Shown piece by piece: positions 14,601-28,030 of a DNA stretch of 64,000 nt. Source of the DNA: Octopus bimaculoides (lineage: Eukaryota); NCBI RefSeq assembly GCF_001194135.2, contig NC_068982.1, positions 128,650,906 through 128,714,905 of the forward strand. The letters run 5' to 3'. The notes beneath the pieces were generated by a model. The model was given only the letters and a program-made list of their open reading frames with translations, was not told where the DNA came from and did no database searches. The first letter of the stretch is position 1, and every line of letters starts with the position of its first letter. Position numbers and translations under genes: made by a program.

Positions 14601-16269
14601 CAGGGTAACTAGTTTTACTTACTAGCAACTTTCAATGGTACAATAGGCTCCTTTATTTCATTTGGTTTGCTGCGGCCTTCACTGTTGACAGCAAAGACTC
14701 GGAACTGATATTCTTTTCCTTCAACCAATTTTTCTGCAATGAATCTTGTATGCAATGTACCAGTTTCTCCAACTTGAAGCCATGAAAGGTGAGAAAGGTC
14801 TCGCCGTTCAATAACATAACCAGTAATAGGTTTACCTCCATCAAACTGTGGAGTATCCCATTCTAAGGTTACTGATTTACTAGTTATATCTTCAATACGA
14901 AGATGTGCTGGAGGATCAGGTGGAGCTAAAATTAGAAATAGATTCATCAATTAAATAAAATATCTAATGAAAGAATCAATTTTTATGTTATTTTAAAACA
15001 ATCTTTTTGGTGGTATATGAATAAATTAAAATCATGTAAAAATAACTATGGCCACAGTCTAATGACTAAAACAAGTGAAAGATAAAATATGATTGTAAGT
15101 ATTTTATATTAGAGTAATAACTTAGTTATAAGTAGAGTTATGAGCCTAATCTAAATATATAATGCAATACATCATGAATAATTCAGTCCATCATTTATGG
15201 GTTGTAAATTTAATAACTTGATACTCTCACATTGCTTAGCAAACTAATATTTCATATTTTTGTGTCATGGCCCAAATATTCTACCTCTTTTATGTTCAAA
15301 CTGGCCAGATCCACTCTGTCACACATATCCTACATCGTCATTCTAAAAGTAAACAATCACATAATTGATATCTCAAAGCTAGAAATTATGCACCATTAAT
15401 TTATAACTATGTCAATATATGAGCATTACATTTGACAGAGTAATATGAATGATAAAGGGTTAAGATGGCAGAAAATAAATTATGTAAATAGTATAAAAAA
15501 TAGTTATTTTATATAAAAATAAAAATAACGGCTTGGAATTTTTTCTAGTTAGATTTTTGACAATGAATACTTACCAAATGGACTTAGGATCTTGATAAGT
15601 TTCTTGGCTTCTAATGGAGATGATACGCCAACACTGTTTTCAGCAATAATTCGGAATGTATACTCTTGACTTTCTTGAAGTTTTCTAATAACATACTCAA
15701 AGGTCTTTGGTGAGACACAATCAACATATTGCCAACTTGTTCTCCATGATTCTCTTTGTTCAATAATGTATGACAAAATTGGAGAACCACCATCATCTTT
15801 ACTAGCTTTCCATTTAAGCCCAACAGAATTACGCTTGACATTTTCAATCACAAGCGGTCCTTCAGGTGCTGTAGGTACCTCTGCAATAAAATATATTGAT
15901 TATGAAATACATTTTCAAGCAATTAAATTTAGTTTTTAATTTGTCTACATTTTAGTAATTTATCAACTAAATCTTTAATGTTGAAGCTATAAATAAACGT
16001 AATAGATATCATATAGTTTATAACTATCAAGAACATTTTTCATATTCATTGTGTAATACCTTGAAAAATGCCCACACATATATGACAAAAAAGAAAAATT
16101 ACTATTTTATCGTAAAATCAATACTGACCACAACCAATTAGAAATTATTGATAAACATTGAAATGTTTACTACTTTGGGTTACAACTGAAATTTATCATT
16201 AGATTATACTATTCAAAACTAAAATGTAATGATATTCTGTAAAACAGCTTTGGCACAATTAAAGTCATC

Positions 16270-16311
<42 letters not shown>

Positions 16312-19300
16312 TACAATGCAAATTGCATAATACATGCATACATAAATCACTTTTATTTCAGATAAAACATTATAATTACCAATTGGTTTCACTGTCTTAA
16401 TTGGTCCTTGTGTCTCTAGCCTGCTGCTTTGACCAATTTCATTTTCAGCAGAAATGCCGAAATAATATAATTTTTCAGTTTCCAAGTCAGTAACAACATA
16501 ATAGTTTACGAAAGCACCAACTTTAGCAGCCTTAGTCCACTTATCTTTTCCTTCTGGGCAGTATTCAACGATGTAACTTGTGATATCTGATCCACCATCG
16601 TCTAATGGTTTTCCCCATTCCATAGTAACAAGGTCTTTTCCAATACTCTTGATACCTAAGAATTCTGGTGGTTTGGGAACAGCTATAATGAGGAGAAAAT
16701 AGTTTTTATGTACAACAGTTATATATCATATCAATTTGAATTATGATAATAGATAGACCAATTTAAGCAAAATTTGATATTTGACATTAATAAGAAATTC
16801 AAAGAATTTAAAATGAAATATTAGATTTCTAGTGTCTAGATAATTTTTAATATACGGATTTGTTTTCAAAAAGATAAAATTATATCTTATGATACCATCA
16901 TTGTCTTGTATCAATTAACCAATTTCAGAGGATTGAAACTCTTTACATCAATTTGGATCTTTTAAACTTATCTAAGAATTTAGTAGCATACTATATATTT
17001 TCAATATCAAAATACTTACTTGCTGCTTTGACAGGTCTAGCTGGTTGGTCTGATGTGAGAGGAGGTCCTTGCCCTTCATCATTCTTAGCTGAAATTCTGA
17101 AGAAGTACTGCATTCCAGGTACAAATCCAGTTACAGTGTAATTTGTGGAACTTGATCTTATTTCACACATAAAGCTCCATGTTTGTCTATTAATTTCTCG
17201 TACTTCAATAACATAGTGTGTAATTGGTAAGCCACCATCATCAGTAGGAGGTTTCCATTTAAGATCTACTGATTCTTCAGTCAAATTGCTTTGAACCAAA
17301 GGACCTTCTGGAGCTGATGGTTTTTCTATTGGAAAAATAAAGAAGCCATATGAGTACAGAAAAATGATTTATATATCTATTGAAGTTATAAGTCTTTTCA
17401 ATTCAACAGATTTGATATAAAAACTAATATAATAAGAAGTAATGTAAATGTAACATGTAAATAATACAATCCATAATCATATATATTCATGCTTCTTTTT
17501 TTATGTTAGCATAGGTTGGATGGTATTTATTTGAGGCAGTATTTTTACAGCTGGGTGCTCTTTCCATTGCTAACCCTTTTCAGCGGGGCTTATTCACTAT
17601 TTCAAGAGGACAGATCACTGGAATTTGATGTTCTCTAAGAATGTAACCATAACAACACTGTTTATTTTGTTCTGACAATCTCATCTAAGAAGCAGTTATG
17701 ATAACTTACACACACACACACACACACATGAAATACAATTGGTTTCTATACAGTGCTTGCCAACTAATTTCACTTACAAGGCATTTGTCAGCTAAAGAAA
17801 AACAGTTTCTCAAAGTACCAGATTATAGCAATGAATCTAAGACTGTGAAGCAAATCTCTTAATCACACAGCCATGCGTATATATATGCATAGCTGTGTGG
17901 TGTATATATATGTGTATGGATGTGTGCATGTGTGATATATATTATATTTAATTAACATATATAATTATATTTAATTAACAAAAATGTAAATAACTCACTG
18001 TAAGGGCTCTTAATCAAAACGGGGTCTTCCATTTCAAGAGGTTTACCAGGACCAACTTCATTTTCAGCAATAACTCTGAAGAAATATTCATTTCCTTCTA
18101 TCAGATTTGTTATAGAGAATTTAGTTATGCTTTCATCAACTGATTGTACTTTACTGTAGAAAGATCTTGTCTTTTCTTTACGCTCAATTATGTAAGCAGT
18201 GAGAGGATGACCTTGAACAGGTGGTTTCCATTCAATAACTGCTGAACTTCTCTGGACATTACTTACAACGATAGGACCAACTGGCTCCGATGGTACAACT
18301 GGAAAGGACAGAGAGATTCTCAATAATACTCTAAATAATACATTCATTGTATATAAAGATAAACAGTGTTAAAGAAAGATTTCATTATATATGCAATTAT
18401 AACTAATGCTGAATTCTTTTTTTAGTTCATCAAGTAATTCAGGTTCAACATAAATACTTTTAATATTAAATGCAATGATACCATAGATTTCTGTAACAAT
18501 GTTAACATTGAATATCTACTATAGGAATTGGAATTTAAAAGATGAGAATTTGCTTTAAGAAAACCAAGTGATAATTTTAAGGTATGAAACAGTATTTAAA
18601 CTCTTGAAGATTTAAATTCCTTTTTGACCATTTTATAATTATAAATCCCAGTCTTTTGTTAATTAATGAGAAGTCCTACATATGAAGGCATGTGACCTAG
18701 TAGCTAGGGTGTTGGACTCATGGTCAATTGTTCATTATTTTCAAAATTAATAAAACGAAAGCAATGTATTTTCACATAAATATATCAACAAATCTTTTAT
18801 ATATATAGGAGCTTGAATATAAAAACAGTTGATCAAGAAAGTGCCAGATGATGCAAAGATGGAAAAATATGATAACAAGAATATATCTTTGTATAATACC
18901 TTTCTCTTTCTTAGGAGCATACATATCAGAATCAAGCGGAGTACTTTCTCCTAAAGCATTGACAGCTGTTATCCTGAAAAAGTATTTGCCACCTTCTTTG
19001 ATGTGGTCTTGAACCTTGTATTTAAATGTATTTCCATCAACAGTTTTAATACATTTCCATTTGTCATCCACATAGAGGTATATTTTATAGCCAGTGATAG
19101 CTGATCTGCCATCATCTCTTGGTGTACGCCATCCCAAAGTAACCGATGAGATTGTTGCATCAATGAATTTCACAGGTCCAACTGGAGATGATGGGGGTTC
19201 TGGAAATTTGAAAAAAAGTTTTTGGAATTTATTACAAAGTTAAACCTTTGATGGTAAAATACCTATTTCCATTAATAGATGGAATAATTTAATAATGACC

Positions 19301-22300
19301 AATAATTTCCACTAAAATCAATAACTGCACCATGATTTAATAACAATAATTACCTGGTTCTTTTCTTGGAACAACTGGATCAATAGTTGCCAATGGTGGA
19401 CTGATACCTTGAGTGTTTTCAGCAGAAACTCGGAAATAGTATTGCTTTCCTTCATTGAGGTTTTTAACATTGTATTTGTTTTCCTCATGGTCAGCTTTAC
19501 CTGCCTTCATCCAGCTTCCCCAGATATCAACCTTATATTCAATGATATAGTGAATAATTGGTAATCCACCATCTGAAATAGGTGGTCTCCATTTTATGGT
19601 TGCTGATGAATCTGTGACATCAGATACAGTCAAAGGTCCTTCAGGAGCAGAAGGAGCACCTGTGGGTTAAAAAGAATATTTGTCGATTGATTACACAAAA
19701 ATGTTTTATATTTTCATGTTTAAATGTTCTTTTGGCTATTTTACTAAGGTAACTTGTTTGGAAAATTAAGATTACTTATTTTTTAGTTAATACCATTGTT
19801 GTTTTGAATTATATAAAAATATACACAATAAGTTTACGTTTATAGGCTCTTGAATCTGAAAATGATTTTACTTACTGTGTGGACTCTTAGGAATAACACC
19901 TTGGTCAGTTTCAATGGCTGTTGAATATCCAATAATATTTTCTGCATATACTCTAAAGAAGTATTCTTGTCCTTCTCTAAGCTGTTTTACACAGGTTGTA
20001 GTGGTATCTGCTTTAACACGAGAATAGAATCCCCACGAAGATTTCCAGCTTTCCCGTTTGTCAATTATATAATTGTCAACAGGTTTGTGGGCTTCATATG
20101 GACTAGATTTCCAAGAAAGTGTAACTTGGTTACTCTGAACATTAGTCACTTTCAAAGGACCTTCCGGAGGAGCAGGAAGTTCTGAAAAATGGAGAGAAAT
20201 CATTTTTATCAAAGTTTCTATTTAACATGTTTTATTTACTGTATTGTTATACTCCAAAGTATTAATAATATAATGTAAAATACAAAACAAATAGGTGAAC
20301 AAATTAATTTTAAACATCGTAAGATAATAAATAAGAACTGTAGTTAAATTCTTAAATACTTGGTATTTATTACAACTATCAATTTTTATTCTTTTTTCAA
20401 TGGAATATAACTTTGATTAATTTTAATTCTAGATTTTATGTCGTAAAGTAAACTGGGTAATAAACCAGCAATTTATTTTAACTTACCAAGCTGTTTCTTT
20501 GGCCTAATTGCCTCTTCAGTTTTACGCATTTGCCCAACTCCTATGTCATTTTCTGCTGCAATACCAAAAAAGTACTCCACACCTTCTTCTAAATCAGTGA
20601 ATGTATATTCACTAACGAAAGACTTCACAGTAGTAACCTTATCCCAAGACGTTCGGGAACATTTACTCAAGGAGATGTGGTACCTAGTTATCATGGAACC
20701 ACCATCGTTGCGTGGTGCACCCCATTGGATTGTAACATCATTTTTACCAACATTGGTAACTGTTACATGAGATGGAGGACCTGGCTTTTCTGAAAACAAA
20801 AATAAGAAAGTAGAAATTACAAAATTTTATTCAAAATTTTTAATTATAGGAAATGTTAGTTTAAAAGCTTTAGTGTTCTGTCAACTACATATATAAATTT
20901 GCATGATTTAATGAGACATAGTTATCAATTCTAATCCAGTTAAACTGAGTCTTTTGTGAAATACATCTCTACTTTGAATTTCCCCATATATGATTTGAAT
21001 AACTTTCATGATCCATTTATCCTTATCAAGTTGCCTCAATACTCACTATAGTATGTAATCAAACCTTTTCCTCTTATTATCTGGTAATTATTTGCAAAAA
21101 TTGTCTATAAATCTATAACTTAATGTTAAAACCAATGTATCGTATTGTGTATTTGTAAATTTACCAACAAATCAAAAAATTAAAAAAAATTTAAATAATT
21201 TTTTACCCGGTTGTTCTCTTGGTTTCACTGTTTCTGCTGAAATTAATGGAGAACTATAACCTTCACTGTTGACAGCAAAAACTTGGAATTGGTATTCTTT
21301 TCCTACTACCAAATTAGTGGCAGTATACCGAAAAGTAGTTGAACTGACTTCTGCAAGCTTGGTCCAAGAGGTACGCCATACACCTCGGTATTCAATGATG
21401 TATGCAGTAATTGGTTTCCCACCATCACTTTCAGGAGGATTCCATTCCAGATCAGCAGTGCTGTCTGTAACACCACTTAGCTTCAATGGTCCAACAGGAC
21501 TTGATGGAGGACCTAGTGTTTAAATAAAATTAAAACATATTAACAGATAATAAAAAATTTCAAAATTCTGCTTACATCACTAAATAAACTTTTGCTTTCC
21601 AATGGTATGTGTTTCAGTTGTTTATTGTGAAGAGTATGTGCAATGAGTTATTTTGTTAAATGGTGTTAATGATTGTGTGTGAGTTGTTGGTGTGCTAAAC
21701 ATTGTGTGTGAGTTGTTGGTGTCATAGTTTCCTACTGTTGATTATATGCTGTGCATTATTTTACTGGTTGGAGATTTTGTAAAGTAACTGTTGTGTGAGT
21801 TGTGTTATTTAATTAGGCAATGATTGTATAGGATATATGTTGTGTTATTTTATTGGATAGTGATTGTATAAGATATGTGTCGTGTTATTTCATTGGATAG
21901 TGATTGTATTGAGTATATGTGCTGTATGTGGTGTGTAGAGAGTGAGTGTTGGAGTCATGCTATTGGATTGAAAATACCTTGTTTAGAATATAGGTTTTGT
22001 TTAATATTATTATCATTAATCTATTTGCTTATAATTAACACAGTGAATGTGATAAAAGAAAACAAGATATATCCAAATGTAATTTTTCAGAATTAAAATT
22101 TGTGGGAATCACTTAATCAATCTAAACTTCGTGAGAATTACTTAATCTACAAAATTAACAATTAAAAACATTTAAAGTAACTGTGAAAGAAATATAAGTC
22201 ACATACTTATATGACTTACCATAAGCATCTTTAGCTGTGAAAAGTTTGGATTCCAAAGGCAAACTGATACCAGCTTTGTTTTTAGCAAAGACTCTGAAGA

Positions 22301-25300
22301 AATAGTCATTATTCTTAGTTAACTTTTTGATCTTAAATATTGTCTTATCGGCTCCAATTTCATCAGCAAGATCCCAGCCAACTCGTTTGGCATTTCTGAA
22401 TTCAATAATATATGCTGTCAGTGGAGAACCACCATCATGTTTAGGAGGTTCCCATTGAATTGTAATTGACTGGCTTTGAACTTCAACTGCCTTTAGTGGA
22501 CCTGTTGGTGCATCTGGAGTTGCTGTAAATATCCAAGTAAAATCCATAGTATAGTGATTGTTAAAGAAAAGTAAACTACCTAGCTTTCATACTAAATATC
22601 AAACTTACTCTATAGCATAAAACAGGATTTATTTTTATTTTTATACTTAACAGTTGTTTAGACTTTATTAAAACTTAAACAATGATTTCTTTTGTTTACA
22701 GAGACTGCCAGATAAATATATTTAAAATATGTATAACATGTCTTTTGCAGTTTACGAAAAGTTAAAGCATTTTTACAGATATGAAGTAAGATATATAAAA
22801 AAATGTCTTATCAATAAAATTATCATAATTTGCAGAAACATTTAAAGTATTGTAATTTGTATGATTATCATAGATTTTATATAAGAGATGAAAACGAAAT
22901 AAATATATTTGTATTTTAGGTATTGAACACTTTAGAGGCATGTTTATTCTATTAAATTAAATTTTCTAAGAATATACATACCAATTGATCCTTTAACTAA
23001 AACAGAATCCGATTGAACAGGATGACCAGAACCAATTTCATTAACAGCAGATATACGGAATATATATTTGCTATTTTCTTCAAGGTTCTTAACCTTATAT
23101 TTGGTGTGGTGACCTTCAACAGATGTTACTTTATGCCAGTCATCGCTTCCTTCAAGTTTGGATTCAATAATGTAGTTACTGACAGCACTACCACCATCTT
23201 TTGATGGTCGGGTCCAGTGAAGAATTAATGAATCAGCTGTCATATCAGAGTATTCCAAATAGTCGACAACTCCTGGAGCCTCTGGAATAAAAAATTTAAA
23301 GCAATAATTTAGCCATGAGTTTGTCTAGAGTCTATCTGATTGCTAAGCTCATTTAACTTTAGTCTCCTAAATCACTAAGTTCATTACTGAAATAATTTGA
23401 CATATCCATCAATGATGTAATGAAGTTAAGCTCCATATTTATCAAAAACCCAAAATATTGTAAACTAATATAGCAGAAAAATATTTCATTTTAAACAGAC
23501 ATAATGTTTCATAATTTTCTTTGCAGTTTTCAAGTAGCACACTAAACCATAACTTCAAATGGAAATATTCCTTAAAAACTTAAGATCTTTAATTGATGAC
23601 TAATATATGTAACTATAAATCTATGTGAATAGGCTAACAGAGTTCTTGTAATCCAAAAACATATAGATCAAGTTAACGTTCTTTTATCAATAATACATTT
23701 AAGTAAGCATTTAATTAACTGTATTAAAATTAAAAATTTTCTGTAATCTTATCTAATACTTAAGGAAATATATTCAGAAATTATTCCCAAATTAGAACTC
23801 TTAATATTTGGAAGCAATTCCTTAATAAAGCTCCACTAATAGTAGTTAAGAATAAAGAAGATAAGAAAAGCCAACTATTTATTGTTATACAGAAGTACAA
23901 AAATGTTATAAACACATATATTATACATATATTTTATAAACTATAGGAACGATATCTTGGTACTTATGTATAATTGATTTAATTGTTAGATTATAAAAAT
24001 AATAAACAAATAGAAAGCAACCACTTGCTTTTAAATTATTTATACTTTTAAATTTTTAAAATATTTACCTTTTGGACGTTTTGTCCTGATGGAGTCAGAA
24101 GATTTTAAAGCAGGACTGAAACCCTCAGGATTTTCTGCAATTACTCTGAAGATGTAATCACATCCTTCAAGAAGATTCTGCACACAGTAAGCTGTAAGTT
24201 TTGGTCCAATTCTACCTGCAGTAAGCCATGTTGATCTACTCTTATCAAGGCGTTCAACAACATATCCTGTAAGTGCTAGACCACCAGTGTCCGTTGGAGG
24301 TTTCCAAGATATCACAGCTGAATCAGCAGTGACATCAGAAACAATCAGAGGACCTTCAGGAGTTGAAGGTACACCTGTTAAATGATAAACAGAAATTATT
24401 GTAATATTCCCAAACTTGGAACATAATATTCATAAAGACTTCTAAAAATTTTATAAAAATTGCTTTCTATTCCCATTACTGTATTTATTTACTAATCACA
24501 CTCTCTCCACATAAGTTTTTATTTTTACATCTGCTTCCTTAACAAAATATCTCTCTATTATAAAAGTGCTTAATGAATAAAGCACACTGGTAGAGTGTCA
24601 GCTCATAATCAATGATCATATCAGAAAGAAAAGATGGAGTAATATTACCATTTTTAACTTTATATCTTTAGTAATATTTTTACAACTTCAGTAATTTAAA
24701 ACTTTTTCTATAGCAAAAACTTTATTAAAAATTTCTTTGATATTATCATACACAGTTTTAATTGATGAAAGAAAAATAAAAGAACAACGATGTGAAAACC
24801 GATAGCACTCAGTGAAGAACTAAAAGGAAAAGCAGTTCCTGTGTTAAATTAGAGATTTTTTAAATGGCATCTTCCATTGCTTCACAAATTTATACATTAT
24901 AATAATAACCATTAAACACACTGGATAATATAAAGTATAAGGACAAGAATTCCATATTTTGAGGCAACTACAGATTATATGTATAATGTATTCTTCAGAA
25001 ATATGACATAATCAGCATCTTGAGAGGCTTAAGGGTTACACTGTTTCATTCTATGCTTTATTTTGCTCTTGGATTGCAAAAGTTTAATCCCTGAAATACA
25101 GTGTAATATAGTAGTCACAAGCTCAAAAGATACAATACAATATTGTGGACTTATAAATGTAATTTCTATGCATCAGTGTCCCATCTCCTGGTTGTTGAAT
25201 ACTTCAAGTAGAATCTATTTTTGACTCATAATATAGTAATCTCTTCACTAAATGTGACTGATTTTTGTTATTGTTTTTAAGCAGGTGCTACCTGATACAT

Positions 25301-27950
25301 ACAACACAACGTTTAAAAGCTGTTATAATTCTTCTTAGAACTATTCCCCATCTATCCATTTTAGTAGGAAGTATTTTAAAAGAAAACTATCAGATATTAC
25401 AAAACTTACTGAATGGACTCTTTGGAATAACAGCATCTGATATCAAAGGATCAGATTTTCCAACAGAATTTACTGTAGAGATTCTGAAGAAATATTCTTG
25501 ATTTTCCTTCAATGATTGTGCACAATAACTTGTGGTAGTTGATGGTACTTTAGCAATTGTAGTCCAAGAGGATTTCCAGCTTTCCCTTTTATCTATGATA
25601 TATGAAATAATAGGAGAACCACCATCGTGTTCACTGGGTTTCCATGAAAGAGTCAAATATGTTCTTTGAATATCACTGAAAACAACTGGTCCAATTGGTG
25701 GGGATGGTTTTTCTGAAAAAGATAAATTAATTAATCAAGTTCCAATTATACAGATTCACAGCAATAACTGACAACATCTGTTGATTTGATTTATTTCTAT
25801 TGGTTCATGGCATTCAAAATAATTTCACTAATTAATATTAAATTGCTTCTAAGAAAAAAAATAACAAAATTTTAAGCAATTTGAAATAAGTACAAATCTG
25901 AACAAATTTCCTGGAAAAAGTTTTAATAAAATTCAATCTTCACTTCTTTTAATATTTGTATTTATATTAGGATTATATAATAATACAAAGAAAGTAACTG
26001 AACAATTGAATATTACATACCAGCTTCCTTTTGAGGTACAATAGCAGATGTAATTTCTGCACGTTCTCCGGTACCAACTTTATTCTGGGCTGAGACAGCG
26101 AAAAAGTAAGGAACACCAGTTTTTAAGAAATCAGCTTTGTAATATTCTTCACCAAATTTGGTTGTTGCAATCTTGTTCCATTTTGTAGATCCTTCTTCAC
26201 GCATTTCTATAATATAATTTGTAATTTTGGATCTTCCATCCTCTTTTGGTGGTTTCCAGTCCATGACAACATAATCTAATCCCACTCTTGTTGTTCTTAA
26301 GTCAACAGGACTTCCAGGTACAACTATTAAATTAAACAAAATAAAAATAATGAAATAACAAAAAGACTTAAATTGTTATTTATGAAATAATAAACCAGAA
26401 TATTAAAAATATATATTTCTTTTATTGAAACAATAAAGTAACATTTTAGAAATAAGCTAATTTTTAATTATAATAATTTACTTTCAAAATTAAGAATAGA
26501 AATGAATATATACCTATATTTTTGTGAGGTTGTACAGGTTCTGCTGACTCTAATGGCTGACTTACTCCTTCTTCATTAAATGCAGAAATTCTGAAATAAT
26601 ATTCGGTGTCATCTCTAAGGTCAAAAACAGTTAATTTGGTTGTTTTACCATCAGTTTCACCAACTTTGACCCATGTAGGTCGAGTTTTAGCTCTCATTTC
26701 AATGACATAGCCAAGCAATGGAGACCCTCCATCTGATCTTGGTGGATTCCAAACAACATCACAGAACCTATCTGATACATTATCATATACCACTGGTCCC
26801 AGTGGAGATGTTGGTTTACCTAAAATATCAAGAAAAATTATTTTTAAAAATTATAAAAAAAATAATGAGAAAATTGATAGAAATAAATGTACAAAATTGA
26901 ACATTATAGAATATTTCAAATAGTGAAAACCTACCAAATGGACTTTTGATCTTAGTTGTTAAATCAGTAACAAGAGGATCACTGTTACCAACTCTATTGA
27001 CAGCAGTTACTCGGAAATCATATTCAGTGTCTTCAGTCAAGTCTTTCATATTATAAGATGTTATATTTGCAGATACGCGATCAATTTGACTCCAGAATGA
27101 TCGAATAGACTCTTTCTTTTCAAGTATATAACCTGTAAGAGGTGAGCCACCATCATCTTCAGGAGCGTTCCAGCTTATACTGGCAGAGTTTCTGAGGACA
27201 TCAAATACTTTGATAGGACCTCTTGGTATGGATGGAATAGCTGAATAAATAAATATGAGAAAGAAACCATAAATATTAATATAAAGTTAAAAAATATATA
27301 TAAACAAGAACAGAAAGATGGAAAAACTATTTTGTACTATACTACATTTCTGATATTATTTTGCTTAAAAACATATATCTACATGAAAAACATACTTTAA
27401 TGAATTTTAAGCTTATAAAATTATGAACTACTTAATATATGCAATTTTAATTATGTTCTTGAAATTAAATAAGAAAAAAATATACCTAAAGGTCGTTTTG
27501 GTGTAACTGCATGATCAGCATCACATGGTTTGCTCAAGCCTACTGAATTTTCAGCACAGACAGAGAAATAGTAATTAACATTTTCTCGCAGAGCTTTTAC
27601 AGTGTATGTATGTTCGTATGCACTGACTGAAGTTATTTTCTCTCGGTCTTCATATATGTCAAAACGTTTATAAATTATGTAGTTGGTAATCTTAGATCCA
27701 CCATCTGAAATAGGTGGTCTCCATTCTAAAACTGCAAAATCTGGTCCTATTTTGGTAGCTCTTAAGTGAATAGGAGGCTCTGGGATATCTGAAATTGAAA
27801 AGAAGTAATAGTGAATTAACAAGAAAAATATACATTTATTTATGTCTAATAAACTCTTTGTCTATTTCTTTCTTTCTCTCTCTCCATATGCCCACACATA
27901 TATACATATATTTATGAACATACATTTTATACAAGCACATATATTCATAC

Positions 27951-27985
<35 letters not shown>

Positions 27986-27995
27986 NNNNNNNNNN

Positions 27996-28030
<35 letters not shown>

